Origin: an uncultured Opitutales bacterium
GTDB lineage: Bacteria; Verrucomicrobiota; Verrucomicrobiia; Opitutales; Intestinicryptomonadaceae
Reading direction: 5' to 3'
NCBI GenBank assembly: GCA_934660865.1
Contig: CAKUIA010000018.1
Coordinates: forward strand, 1 to 32,000
DNA length: 32,000 bases
Shown here: positions 25,169-32,000 of the stretch, piece by piece
How positions within the stretch are numbered: the stretch's first letter is position 1
Layout: each line of letters starts with the position of its first letter
The notes under the pieces: generated by a model
What the model was told of the DNA's origin: nothing
Databases searched by the model: none
What the model saw: the letters and a program-made list of their open reading frames with translations, nothing else
Made by a program: the position numbers and the translations under genes

Positions 25169-27849
25169 TGAGCGATATTTCAAAGGCCTACGAGCCTCAA
25201 AAAGTAGAAGACAAGTGGTATAGCCAGTGGGTTGAAAACGGTTGTTTTAAGCCGTCTAGCGACCCTACTAAAGAAGCGTATTCCATAGCAATGCCGCCCC
25301 CGAATGTTACGGGTGTGCTTACAATGGGGCACGTTTTAAACAACACCATTCAGGATATTTTAATACGCAATGCACGCCAAAACGGCAAAAGCGCGGTTTG
25401 GGTGCCTGGCACCGACCACGCGGGCGTTGCAACCCAAACCAAGGTAGAGGCATATTTGCGCAAAGAGGGGCTTTCGGCCAAAAAGCTTGGGCGCGAAAAG
25501 TTTTTGGAAGTTGCCAAGCAATGGCGCGACAAGCACGGCGGCATAATTATAGAGCAGCTTAAAAAGCTTGGGGCTTCGTGCGACTGGAGCAGGCTTGTCC
25601 ACACTTTAGACGACGACTATTCAAAAGGCGTAATTAAGGCGTTTGTAGAGCTTTACAAACAAGGCTATATTTACCGCGGCAAAAGAATGGTAAACTGGTG
25701 TCCGGTAAACCTTACGGCTCTTTCCGACGAAGAGGTTATTATGACCCCCCAAAAGAGCAAGATTTACAAGATGAAATACCAGCTTGCCGACAAAAGCGGT
25801 TATCTTGAAATTTGCACAACGCGTCCCGAAACCATTATGGGCGACTCGGCCGTTGCCGTAAATCCCAACGACCCCCGCTATGCGCATTTGGTTGGCAAAA
25901 AGTGCATTAGGCCTTTCCCCGAAAAGGAAATTCCCATTATAGGCGACGAAGCCGTAGACATTAAATTCGGTACTGGCGTATTAAAGGTAACCCCCGCGCA
26001 CGACCCCGCCGACTTCGAAATAGGCAAAAGGCACAACCTTGAAGTTATTACCGTAATGAACCCCGACGCCACTATGAACGAGTTGGCGGGCGAAGACTTT
26101 GTAGGGCTAGACAGGTTTAAAGCGCGCGAAAAGGCGGTTGAAAAGCTCGACAAAATGGGGCTTTTAATTGAGGTAAAAGACTACGAAAACAACGTCGGCT
26201 TTTCCGAAAGGGGCGGCGTACCCATAGAGCCTCGCGTTTCCGACCAGTGGTTTATGAGGTACCCCCATGTAAAGGAAGCCAAAGAGGTTGTGGAAAAAGG
26301 CCTTATAAAGTTTTGGCCGGCCCGCTGGGAAAAGACCTATTTACACTGGCTCGACAATATCCGCGACTGGTGCATAAGCCGCCAAATTTGGTGGGGGCAC
26401 AGAATACCCGTTTGGTATAAAAAAGGCGTTGCCAACATAGACTTTAACAACCCCGAACACGTTTACGTGGGCGAAACTGCCCCCGCCGACGCCGAAAACT
26501 GGGTTCAAGACGAAGACTCGCTCGACACATGGGCGTCGTCGTGGTTGTGGCCCTTCGGCATACTGGGTTGGCCGAACAGGGAAAATTCCGAAAAGCTTGG
26601 CTTGGCAAGGTATTACCCGACTTCAACCTTGGTAACGGGCCCCGACATTATATTCTTCTGGGTTGCCAGAATGATTATGGCGGGCTTGGAATTTACCGAA
26701 GGCGAGGAAAAAGACCGCATTCCCTTTAAAAACGTATATTTTACGGGCATTATAAGGGATATGCAGGGCAGAAAAATGTCGAAAAGCTTGGGCAATTCGC
26801 CTGACCCGTTAGACTTAATCGCAAAATACGGCGCCGACGGCCTGCGCTTCGGCATTATGAATTGCGCTCCGCAAGGGCAAGACATTCTCTTTAGCGAAGA
26901 TAGAGTTCAGCTTGGCCGCAATTTCTGCAACAAGTTGTGGAATGCCTGCCGCTTTAGGCAAATGCAGGGCGAGCTTGGCAAGAATTCCAGCATAGACGAA
27001 ATTGTTTCGAGAATAGACACCTCCATTATAGACGACAACGACAAGGCTCTTATATTAAGTCTGTTAAATACGGCGGAATCCATAAGGAAAGACTATTCGG
27101 CGTACCAGTTTAACGCAATTACGCAAGACATCTATGCGTTTTTCTGGAACGATTTTTGCGACTGGTATTTGGAGGTTTCCAAGTCGAGAATGGCCGACGA
27201 AAACGCAAAGAAAACCATTCTTGCCATACAGGATTTGTGCATAAGGCAAACACTGCTTATGCTGCACCCGTTTACCCCGTTTATAACCGAGGAATTGTGG
27301 CACAGTATGGGCTTCGGCAAAGATGGCGAATACATACAAAACGTATATCCCTACCTAGACGCCGAAAAGTTCAAGGCTGCCTTAAAGCTAAACGCTTCGG
27401 CTTTGGAAAATGTGGAAATGCTTAAAGACTTTGTGGCCCAGGCGCGCGCGTTAAAGTCGCAATACAAGCTTGCAACAAACAAGCACGTTAATATGAGCTA
27501 CATTGCAAAAGACTTTTCGAAGCAGTTGTTGGCCGCAAACAACGAACAGCTTAAAAAGCTTATAGGTTTAGATACCTTAAACGAAATTTCGGGCGAAATA
27601 CAGTCGCCCGTAAGCGTGGCAAAGGCGGCAACAATATACCTTATCCTTTCGCAGGAGGCCTCTGCACAAGACAAGGCGAAACTCGAAAAGGAAAAGGAAA
27701 AGATTGTGTCGCTAATTGCCTCTACAAAGGCAAGGCTTTCGAACGAGGCGTTTGTTTCGAAAGCTCCCGCAAATGTCATAGAAGGCGCTAAAAAACAGCT
27801 TGTCCAATACGAATCAAAGCTTGCCGAGCTTGAAAAGATTTTAGGCTAG
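25168..27849 (+). CDS. valS: Valine--tRNA ligase
   Basis: 893 aa. It has the HIGH-type motif PPPNVTGVLTMGHVLN, the KMSKS motif, the editing domain, and a C-terminal coiled coil. Its start overlaps the fabF stop (TAATG). Confidence 0.97.
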   Translation: MSDISKAYEPQKVEDKWYSQWVENGCFKPSSDPTKEAYSIAMPPPNVTGVLTMGHVLNNTIQDILIRNARQNGKSAVWVPGTDHAGVATQTKVEAYLRKEGLSAKKLGREKFLEVAKQWRDKHGGIIIEQLKKLGASCDWSRLVHTLDDDYSKGVIKAFVELYKQGYIYRGKRMVNWCPVNLTALSDEEVIMTPQKSKIYKMKYQLADKSGYLEICTTRPETIMGDSAVAVNPNDPRYAHLVGKKCIRPFPEKEIPIIGDEAVDIKFGTGVLKVTPAHDPADFEIGKRHNLEVITVMNPDATMNELAGEDFVGLDRFKAREKAVEKLDKMGLLIEVKDYENNVGFSERGGVPIEPRVSDQWFMRYPHVKEAKEVVEKGLIKFWPARWEKTYLHWLDNIRDWCISRQIWWGHRIPVWYKKGVANIDFNNPEHVYVGETAPADAENWVQDEDSLDTWASSWLWPFGILGWPNRENSEKLGLARYYPTSTLVTGPDIIFFWVARMIMAGLEFTEGEEKDRIPFKNVYFTGIIRDMQGRKMSKSLGNSPDPLDLIAKYGADGLRFGIMNCAPQGQDILFSEDRVQLGRNFCNKLWNACRFRQMQGELGKNSSIDEIVSRIDTSIIDDNDKALILSLLNTAESIRKDYSAYQFNAITQDIYAFFWNDFCDWYLEVSKSRMADENAKKTILAIQDLCIRQTLLMLHPFTPFITEELWHSMGFGKDGEYIQNVYPYLDAEKFKAALKLNASALENVEMLKDFVAQARALKSQYKLATNKHVNMSYIAKDFSKQLLAANNEQLKKLIGLDTLNEISGEIQSPVSVAKAATIYLILSQEASAQDKAKLEKEKEKIVSLIASTKARLSNEAFVSKAPANVIEGAKKQLVQYESKLAELEKILG

Positions 27850-27877
27850 GCAAACCAACTATTTGCGAAAAAACGAC

Positions 27878-27909
27878 AAACGCAGGTCTAAAAGGGCCTG
27901 CGTTTTTTT
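27878..27909 (+). terminator. Rho-independent terminator after valS
   Basis: AAACGCAGG (27878..27886) pairs with CCTGCGTTT (27897..27905), running into TTTTTTT. Confidence 0.75.
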
Positions 27910-28006
27910 GCGCCGAAATGCCGAAAATTTTTCACGAAAAGCGGCGTAAAATTTCTCCTTAAAAAAATCCTAAAAAGCAGGGCGGGGTGTGCATAGTAAG
28001 TATGCG

Positions 28007-28040
28007 CAAAAAAAAGAGGGGCTAAAAAGCCCCTCTTTTA
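28007..28040 (-). terminator. Rho-independent terminator after rplT (hairpin usable in both directions)
   Basis: AGAGGGGC (28015..28022) pairs with GCCCCTCT (28029..28036). A plus-strand A-run lies upstream (a T-run on the minus strand) and TTTT lies downstream. Confidence 0.75.
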
Positions 28041-28059
28041 AATTTTTTGTAAAGGTTAA

Positions 28060-28419
28060 TTACTTGGCAATCTGAGCTTTAGCCTTTTCGACAAGGGCGT
28101 TGAATGCCGCTTCGTCGTTAATTGCCAATTCGGCAAGCTGTTTTCTGTCGAGTTGTACGTTCATCGACTTTAACGCGCTCATAAACTGGCTGTATTTAAA
28201 GCCGCAATTTCTGCAAACTGCGTTGATACGAACTATCCAAAGTTTGCGGAATTCGCGCCTGCGAACCCTGCGGTCTCTGTAAGCGTACTTACCAGCGTGT
28301 TGAACCGCGTCTTTCGCGTAGCGAAACAAACGGGACTTGTTACCGAAATACCCGCGGGCCTGCTTTAATACGCTGCGCCTGCGTTTGCGGGTATATACTG
28401 CATTTGTTACTTTTGGCAT
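28060..28419 (-). CDS. rplT: 50S ribosomal protein L20
   Basis: MPKVTNAVYTRKRRRSVLKQARGYFGNKSRLFRYAKDAV..YRDRRVRRREFRKLWIVRINA is the canonical L20 sequence. GGAG lies 10 nt upstream of the ATG. Confidence 0.95.
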   Translation of the reverse strand: MPKVTNAVYTRKRRRSVLKQARGYFGNKSRLFRYAKDAVQHAGKYAYRDRRVRRREFRKLWIVRINAVCRNCGFKYSQFMSALKSMNVQLDRKQLAELAINDEAAFNALVEKAKAQIAK

Positions 28420-28504
28420 GTTATATAATCTCCGATTATTGTTTTATGTAGCCTTGGGGTCGCCTAAAAAAACACCCCTTCAGCCTGTTGATGTTTGCTT
28501 TTTA

Positions 28505-28696
28505 TTATGCGAAGGGCATACCCTTTTTGAGGGCGGCCGCGTGTCCGTCGGAAACCTTCTGGTCCTGGCTCATTCTGCGTCTTTGCTTAGTGTTTTTTGC
28601 GCTAAGCAAGTGGCGCTTGCCGGGCTTTCTGCGAAGGAGCTTGCCGGTTGCGGTTACTTTGAAGCGTTTAACTATCGATTTCTTTGTCTTTTGCAT
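28505..28696 (-). CDS. rpmI: 50S ribosomal protein L35
   Basis: Track ORF trimmed to ATG 28696. MQKTKKSIVKRFKVTATGKLLRRKPGKRHLLSAKNTKQRRRMS matches the L35 pattern, and the gene sits upstream of rplT. Confidence 0.9.
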   Translation of the reverse strand: MQKTKKSIVKRFKVTATGKLLRRKPGKRHLLSAKNTKQRRRMSQDQKVSDGHAAALKKGMPFA

Positions 28697-28816
28697 TTCT
28701 GTATAAGATAAAAGACACAATGAAATATATTTATTGGAATTTGTAAAGTTTTTTTTGCTTTATTTTTATAAAAATTGAATTGAAGAAAACGCGCGTATAT
28801 GCAACAATTTGTCTAT

Positions 28817-30052
28817 ATGAATAATTTTCTTAAATTAGCACCCGTTTTGTCGGTAGCCCTTGCGCTTTGCGCTTGCGGCGTTATAGAGGAAAACCGCCAA
28901 AACGAGGCGTCGAAATGGACTTTCGGTAAAGACGTATCCTTGCTTAGAACATACGCCGACTGCGAGGTTTTGGGCGAAAACGGTTCGTATATAGCCGTTT
29001 CGCCGAAGCTGGGCGGCAGGGTAATGGTTGCCACTTTAGACGGCGCTTCGGGCAAAAGTCTCGGCTGGTATAACCGCAATTTGGTCGCAAAAAAAGACAT
29101 AGTTGAAACTTCGCGCAACATAATAGGCGGCTTAAACAGGTTTTCGCTTGCCCCCGAAGGCGGGCAGTACGCCCTGTTTTTCGGCTCGGGCGACTTGATG
29201 ATTCCCGAAAAATGGAAAGCCCCGCAGTTTTTGGGCGCAAGCCAATGGGACCTTGTTTTTGCCGACAAAACGAGAATTGCCCTCGAAAAGTCTGCAAGCG
29301 TAAAAAACTCAAAGGGCGCCGAATTTAATTTTAAGGTTGAAAGGCAGATTGTATCCCTAAACAAAGCCGACGCCGAAAAGGTGCTGTCGGCGAAAATTCC
29401 CGACAGCGTAGACATGGTTGCCTTTGCCGCTTCCGACAAAATAACGAACACTTCCGACAGGCAATGGGAGCAGGAAACCGGGCTTATTGCCGCGGTTTCG
29501 CAAAGCTGCTTTAATGCCGACAAATCAACCTACGTTTTCGTTCCCTACAAAGAGGGCGATGTTAAAACTTTGGGCAACATTGTAAGGGACGACTATTTCC
29601 AAACCGCCGACGAGTTCAGGCTTTTTGTTTCGCCCAAGTTTATAAGGTTTAGGGCCGACGCGAAAAAGACGGTAGAAATAGGGGTGCTGCAGCAAAGGGC
29701 AAAGGGCATTGCGCTTTCCTACAACGCAAGCAAACGTTTGCTTGTAGTGGTAAGCTTTTCCATGCCCAAATCGCGCAAGGCCTATGTAGGCAACACATGG
29801 AAGCGCAGCGACAACGAATTTGCGGGCGACGTTTTAAGCGTTTACAACAACGGCCCCGTAAACGACACTTCGCTTGCCGCCGAGCATTTTTACGAAATTT
29901 CCACAAATTCGCCCGCGCTCGGGCTTGGGGCTAAAAAAAGCCAGATAAACATTCAAAGGGTGTTCCAGTTCAGCGGTTCGGAATACGAACTTGGCAAATT
30001 GGCCGAGGCGGTTGCCGGAATTTCGATAGAAGATTTAAGGGTAGAAATGTAA
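28817..30052 (+). CDS. Hypothetical lipoprotein
   Basis: Track ORF trimmed to the second ATG (MNNFLKLAPVLSVALALCACG, a lipobox-like LALC/LCAC). I cannot confidently place it in a family. GGLNRFSLAPEGGQYALFF vaguely recalls aldose-epimerase-like folds. The next gene starts 7 nt downstream. Confidence 0.6.
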   Translation: MNNFLKLAPVLSVALALCACGVIEENRQNEASKWTFGKDVSLLRTYADCEVLGENGSYIAVSPKLGGRVMVATLDGASGKSLGWYNRNLVAKKDIVETSRNIIGGLNRFSLAPEGGQYALFFGSGDLMIPEKWKAPQFLGASQWDLVFADKTRIALEKSASVKNSKGAEFNFKVERQIVSLNKADAEKVLSAKIPDSVDMVAFAASDKITNTSDRQWEQETGLIAAVSQSCFNADKSTYVFVPYKEGDVKTLGNIVRDDYFQTADEFRLFVSPKFIRFRADAKKTVEIGVLQQRAKGIALSYNASKRLLVVVSFSMPKSRKAYVGNTWKRSDNEFAGDVLSVYNNGPVNDTSLAAEHFYEISTNSPALGLGAKKSQINIQRVFQFSGSEYELGKLAEAVAGISIEDLRVEM

Positions 30053-30059
30053 AAAGATT

Positions 30060-31112
30060 ATGGACAAAAAATTTTTAAACGACTTGCTTAACACGCGCTC
30101 GCCTACGGGCTGCGAAAAAGAGCTTAACGACGTTGTCGAAAAATATGTTAAACCATTTGCCGACGACTTTAAAAAAGACGTTTTAGGCAACAGAATTGCA
30201 ACCTTAAACGGCTCTTCTAAAAAAACGCTTATGCTGGCTTCCCATAGCGACGAAATAGGCTTTATAATAACCTCCATAGACGCAAACGGGTATTTGTATT
30301 TCGACAAACTTGGCGGCCACGACGATTGCATGATTGCGGGGCGCAGGGTAAACATTCTTACAAAAAACGGCATTGTAAGGGGCGTAACGGGCAAAAAGGC
30401 CATACACTTAATGACGCCTGCCGAACGCAAAACCGTTCCCGAAATAGGCAGCCAGTGGATAGACATAGGAGTTTCGTCTAAAGCCGAAGCGCAAAAGCTT
30501 GTAAGGATTGGCGACAGCGCGGTTTTTGAATATTCGCCCGTAGAGCTTTCCGAAAACAGGCTCGCTTCGAAAGCGCTAGACGACAAGGCGGGCTGCTACA
30601 GCGTATTTAATGCCCTAAAACAGCTTTCGAAGGAAAAAAAGCTTTGCTATACGGTGTGCGCGGTTGCCACAACGCAGGAGGAAATAGGCACGCGCGGCGC
30701 GCAAACCTCGGCGTTTGGCGTTAACCCCAGCGTTGCCATTGCCGTAGATGTAGAACATTCGAGCGACTACCCGACTGCGAAAGTGGGCGTAAACCCCGAC
30801 ATTAAACTCGGCGGCGGCGTGGTAATTTCGAGGGGGCCCAATATGAACCCCGTTGTTTTTGAAAGGCTTGTAGAATGTGCCGAAAAAAATAAAATCGCCT
30901 ACCAAATAAACGCCGAAGCGCGCCCGACCGGCACCGACGCGAGGGTAATTCAGATGGCCCGCAGCGGAATTCCGACCGGTTTGCTTGGCATACCGCTTCG
31001 CTATATGCACACCCCAAGCGAAGTTTGCGACCTGCGCGACTTGCAGGCCTGCGCCGACCTTATTGCGGCGTTTGCAAAAACACTTAAAGACAAAGACACT
31101 TTCGAATATTAA
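30060..31112 (+). CDS. M42-family metallo-aminopeptidase (glutamyl aminopeptidase / FrvX-YsdC type)
   Basis: SPTGCEKEL.., LMLASHSDEIGFIITSIDANGYLYF, ALDDKAGC, TTQEEIGTRGA and YMHTPSEV are typical M42 motifs. Confidence 0.85.
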   Translation: MDKKFLNDLLNTRSPTGCEKELNDVVEKYVKPFADDFKKDVLGNRIATLNGSSKKTLMLASHSDEIGFIITSIDANGYLYFDKLGGHDDCMIAGRRVNILTKNGIVRGVTGKKAIHLMTPAERKTVPEIGSQWIDIGVSSKAEAQKLVRIGDSAVFEYSPVELSENRLASKALDDKAGCYSVFNALKQLSKEKKLCYTVCAVATTQEEIGTRGAQTSAFGVNPSVAIAVDVEHSSDYPTAKVGVNPDIKLGGGVVISRGPNMNPVVFERLVECAEKNKIAYQINAEARPTGTDARVIQMARSGIPTGLLGIPLRYMHTPSEVCDLRDLQACADLIAAFAKTLKDKDTFEY

Positions 31113-31118
31113 AATATC

Positions 31119-31886
31119 ATGAGCGTAAAAGGTAAAAGAATAGTTCTTACGCGCCCCGATAATAGCGACTTAAAGGCCCTGCTAAAAGACAAGGGGGCGG
31201 CCGTAATAGATATGCCCCTTATACATATCGTGCTTTCGAACCCCGACAATTCCGATGTGCTCGACGACATTGCAACCTACCAGTGGCTTTGCTTTACAAG
31301 CTCAAACGGCGTAAACGGTTTCTTTAACGAATTTTTCCGCCGCTACGACGACATTCGCTGCATAGGCGCGTGCAAGATTGCGTGCGTGGGCCAGTCTACA
31401 GCAAGAACGCTTAAAGACAAATACCATTTGGCAAGCGACGTTGTTCCTGCCGAACAAAACGCAATTTCCATGGCCGAAGCCATGATGCAGCACGAGTCTT
31501 TGGACAACCTGCAAATATTGATTGCCTGCGGCAACCTCTCAAAAGACGAGCTATCTAAAACCCTCGAAAACAAGGGCAGGGCCATTGTAGACAAGTTTGT
31601 AGTATACCAAACCGAGGAAACTCCTAAAAGCGACATTTCGGCCGCCATGAAAGACTTTGTAAAGTTCGGCGCCGACGCGATTGTTTTCGGCAGCCCGTCG
31701 GCCGTAGACGCGTTTTTTGCCGACATTAAAAACTTTGCAATCGACAAAAGCGCCGTAAAGCCGAAAACGGTAGCCATAGGCGAAACTACGGCCTCGAGAA
31801 TGCGCAAACATTCCATGCCCGTAGACATTGTAGCCGAAAGCAGCTCCGACGCGGGCGTTATGGCGGCGCTCGAAAAAATATTGTAG
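31119..31886 (+). CDS. hemD: Uroporphyrinogen-III synthase (probable)
   Basis: 255 aa. KRIVLTRP..LKDKGAAVIDMPLIHI.., WLCFTSSNGVNGFF, ACVGQSTARTL and AIVFGSPSAVDAFF follow the HEM4 pattern. Confidence 0.65.
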   Translation: MSVKGKRIVLTRPDNSDLKALLKDKGAAVIDMPLIHIVLSNPDNSDVLDDIATYQWLCFTSSNGVNGFFNEFFRRYDDIRCIGACKIACVGQSTARTLKDKYHLASDVVPAEQNAISMAEAMMQHESLDNLQILIACGNLSKDELSKTLENKGRAIVDKFVVYQTEETPKSDISAAMKDFVKFGADAIVFGSPSAVDAFFADIKNFAIDKSAVKPKTVAIGETTASRMRKHSMPVDIVAESSSDAGVMAALEKIL

Positions 31887-31948
31887 GCCTTAAAACGCTT
31901 TGGCAAAAAAACTTTAAAATATACAAACAACAAAACCCCCTTCTCCCG

Positions 31949-32000
31949 ATGAAATATAAAAACTTTTTCAAATTCCTGTCGTTAATTGCGGCGCTTTCGC
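31949..32000 (+). CDS. Start of a hypothetical exported protein (truncated by the window end)
   Basis: ATG at 31949 gives MKYKNFFKFLSLIAALS.., which looks like a signal peptide. Only 17 codons are visible. Confidence 0.3.
   Translation, partial: MKYKNFFKFLSLIAALS

Noticed and set aside
27910-28006. About 100 nt bounded by two terminator hairpins between valS and rplT, considered as a possible small RNA
   Set aside because: I could find no convincing promoter (-35/-10 pair) or extended structure apart from short 5-bp stems. It is most simply the spacer between the terminators of two convergent operons.
1-32000. CRISPR arrays, tRNA/rRNA genes, IS elements or transposases, and toxin-antitoxin or known defence gene pairs
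   Set aside because: Every intergenic gap longer than 40 nt was read by eye. None contains regularly spaced repeats, cloverleaf-compatible sequence or terminal inverted repeats other than the 360/539 pair. No ORF shows transposase or defence motifs. A covariance-model scan would be needed to exclude small ncRNAs fully.

Overview
This is a bacterial chromosomal window with mid-range GC. Most starts have Shine-Dalgarno-like sites, and the signal peptides and lipoprotein are of the Gram-negative type. I cannot assign a taxon by eye.

About 29 kb is densely packed, mostly housekeeping DNA.
- Plus strand, 3.3-16 kb: an IclR-family regulator with a DUF486 transporter lies divergent from icd. It is followed by a secreted GH2 glycosidase, rpsT, an RluA-like protein, a SAM methyltransferase, a long M16 peptidase, and pyrH-frr-proB-sufT.
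- Minus strand, 16-21 kb: hflX, trpS, an unknown membrane/coiled-coil protein, and hisF.
- 21-32 kb: holA, a Sel1-repeat protein, acpP-fabF-valS, rpmI-rplT (minus strand), and a lipoprotein, M42 peptidase and hemD.

The left 3.3 kb is different and is my main candidate for something new.
- A leftward ORF, open at the window edge and absent from the supplied track, has a tyrosine-recombinase-like N-terminus.
- A 160-bp spacer is bracketed by a perfect 19-bp inverted repeat. Each arm ends outward in an ATG that is in frame with the flanking gene.
- Two tandem paralogous secreted delta-60/DUF5122-type beta-propeller genes follow. Their 3' 257 bp are almost identical while their centres have diverged.
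- Together this resembles a recombinase-associated invertible switch (inverton) in front of a recombining surface or secreted protein family. A looped palindromic operator pair is the main alternative.

I saw no rRNA, tRNA, CRISPR array or transposase. All homology calls rest on motif recognition by eye, with no database search.
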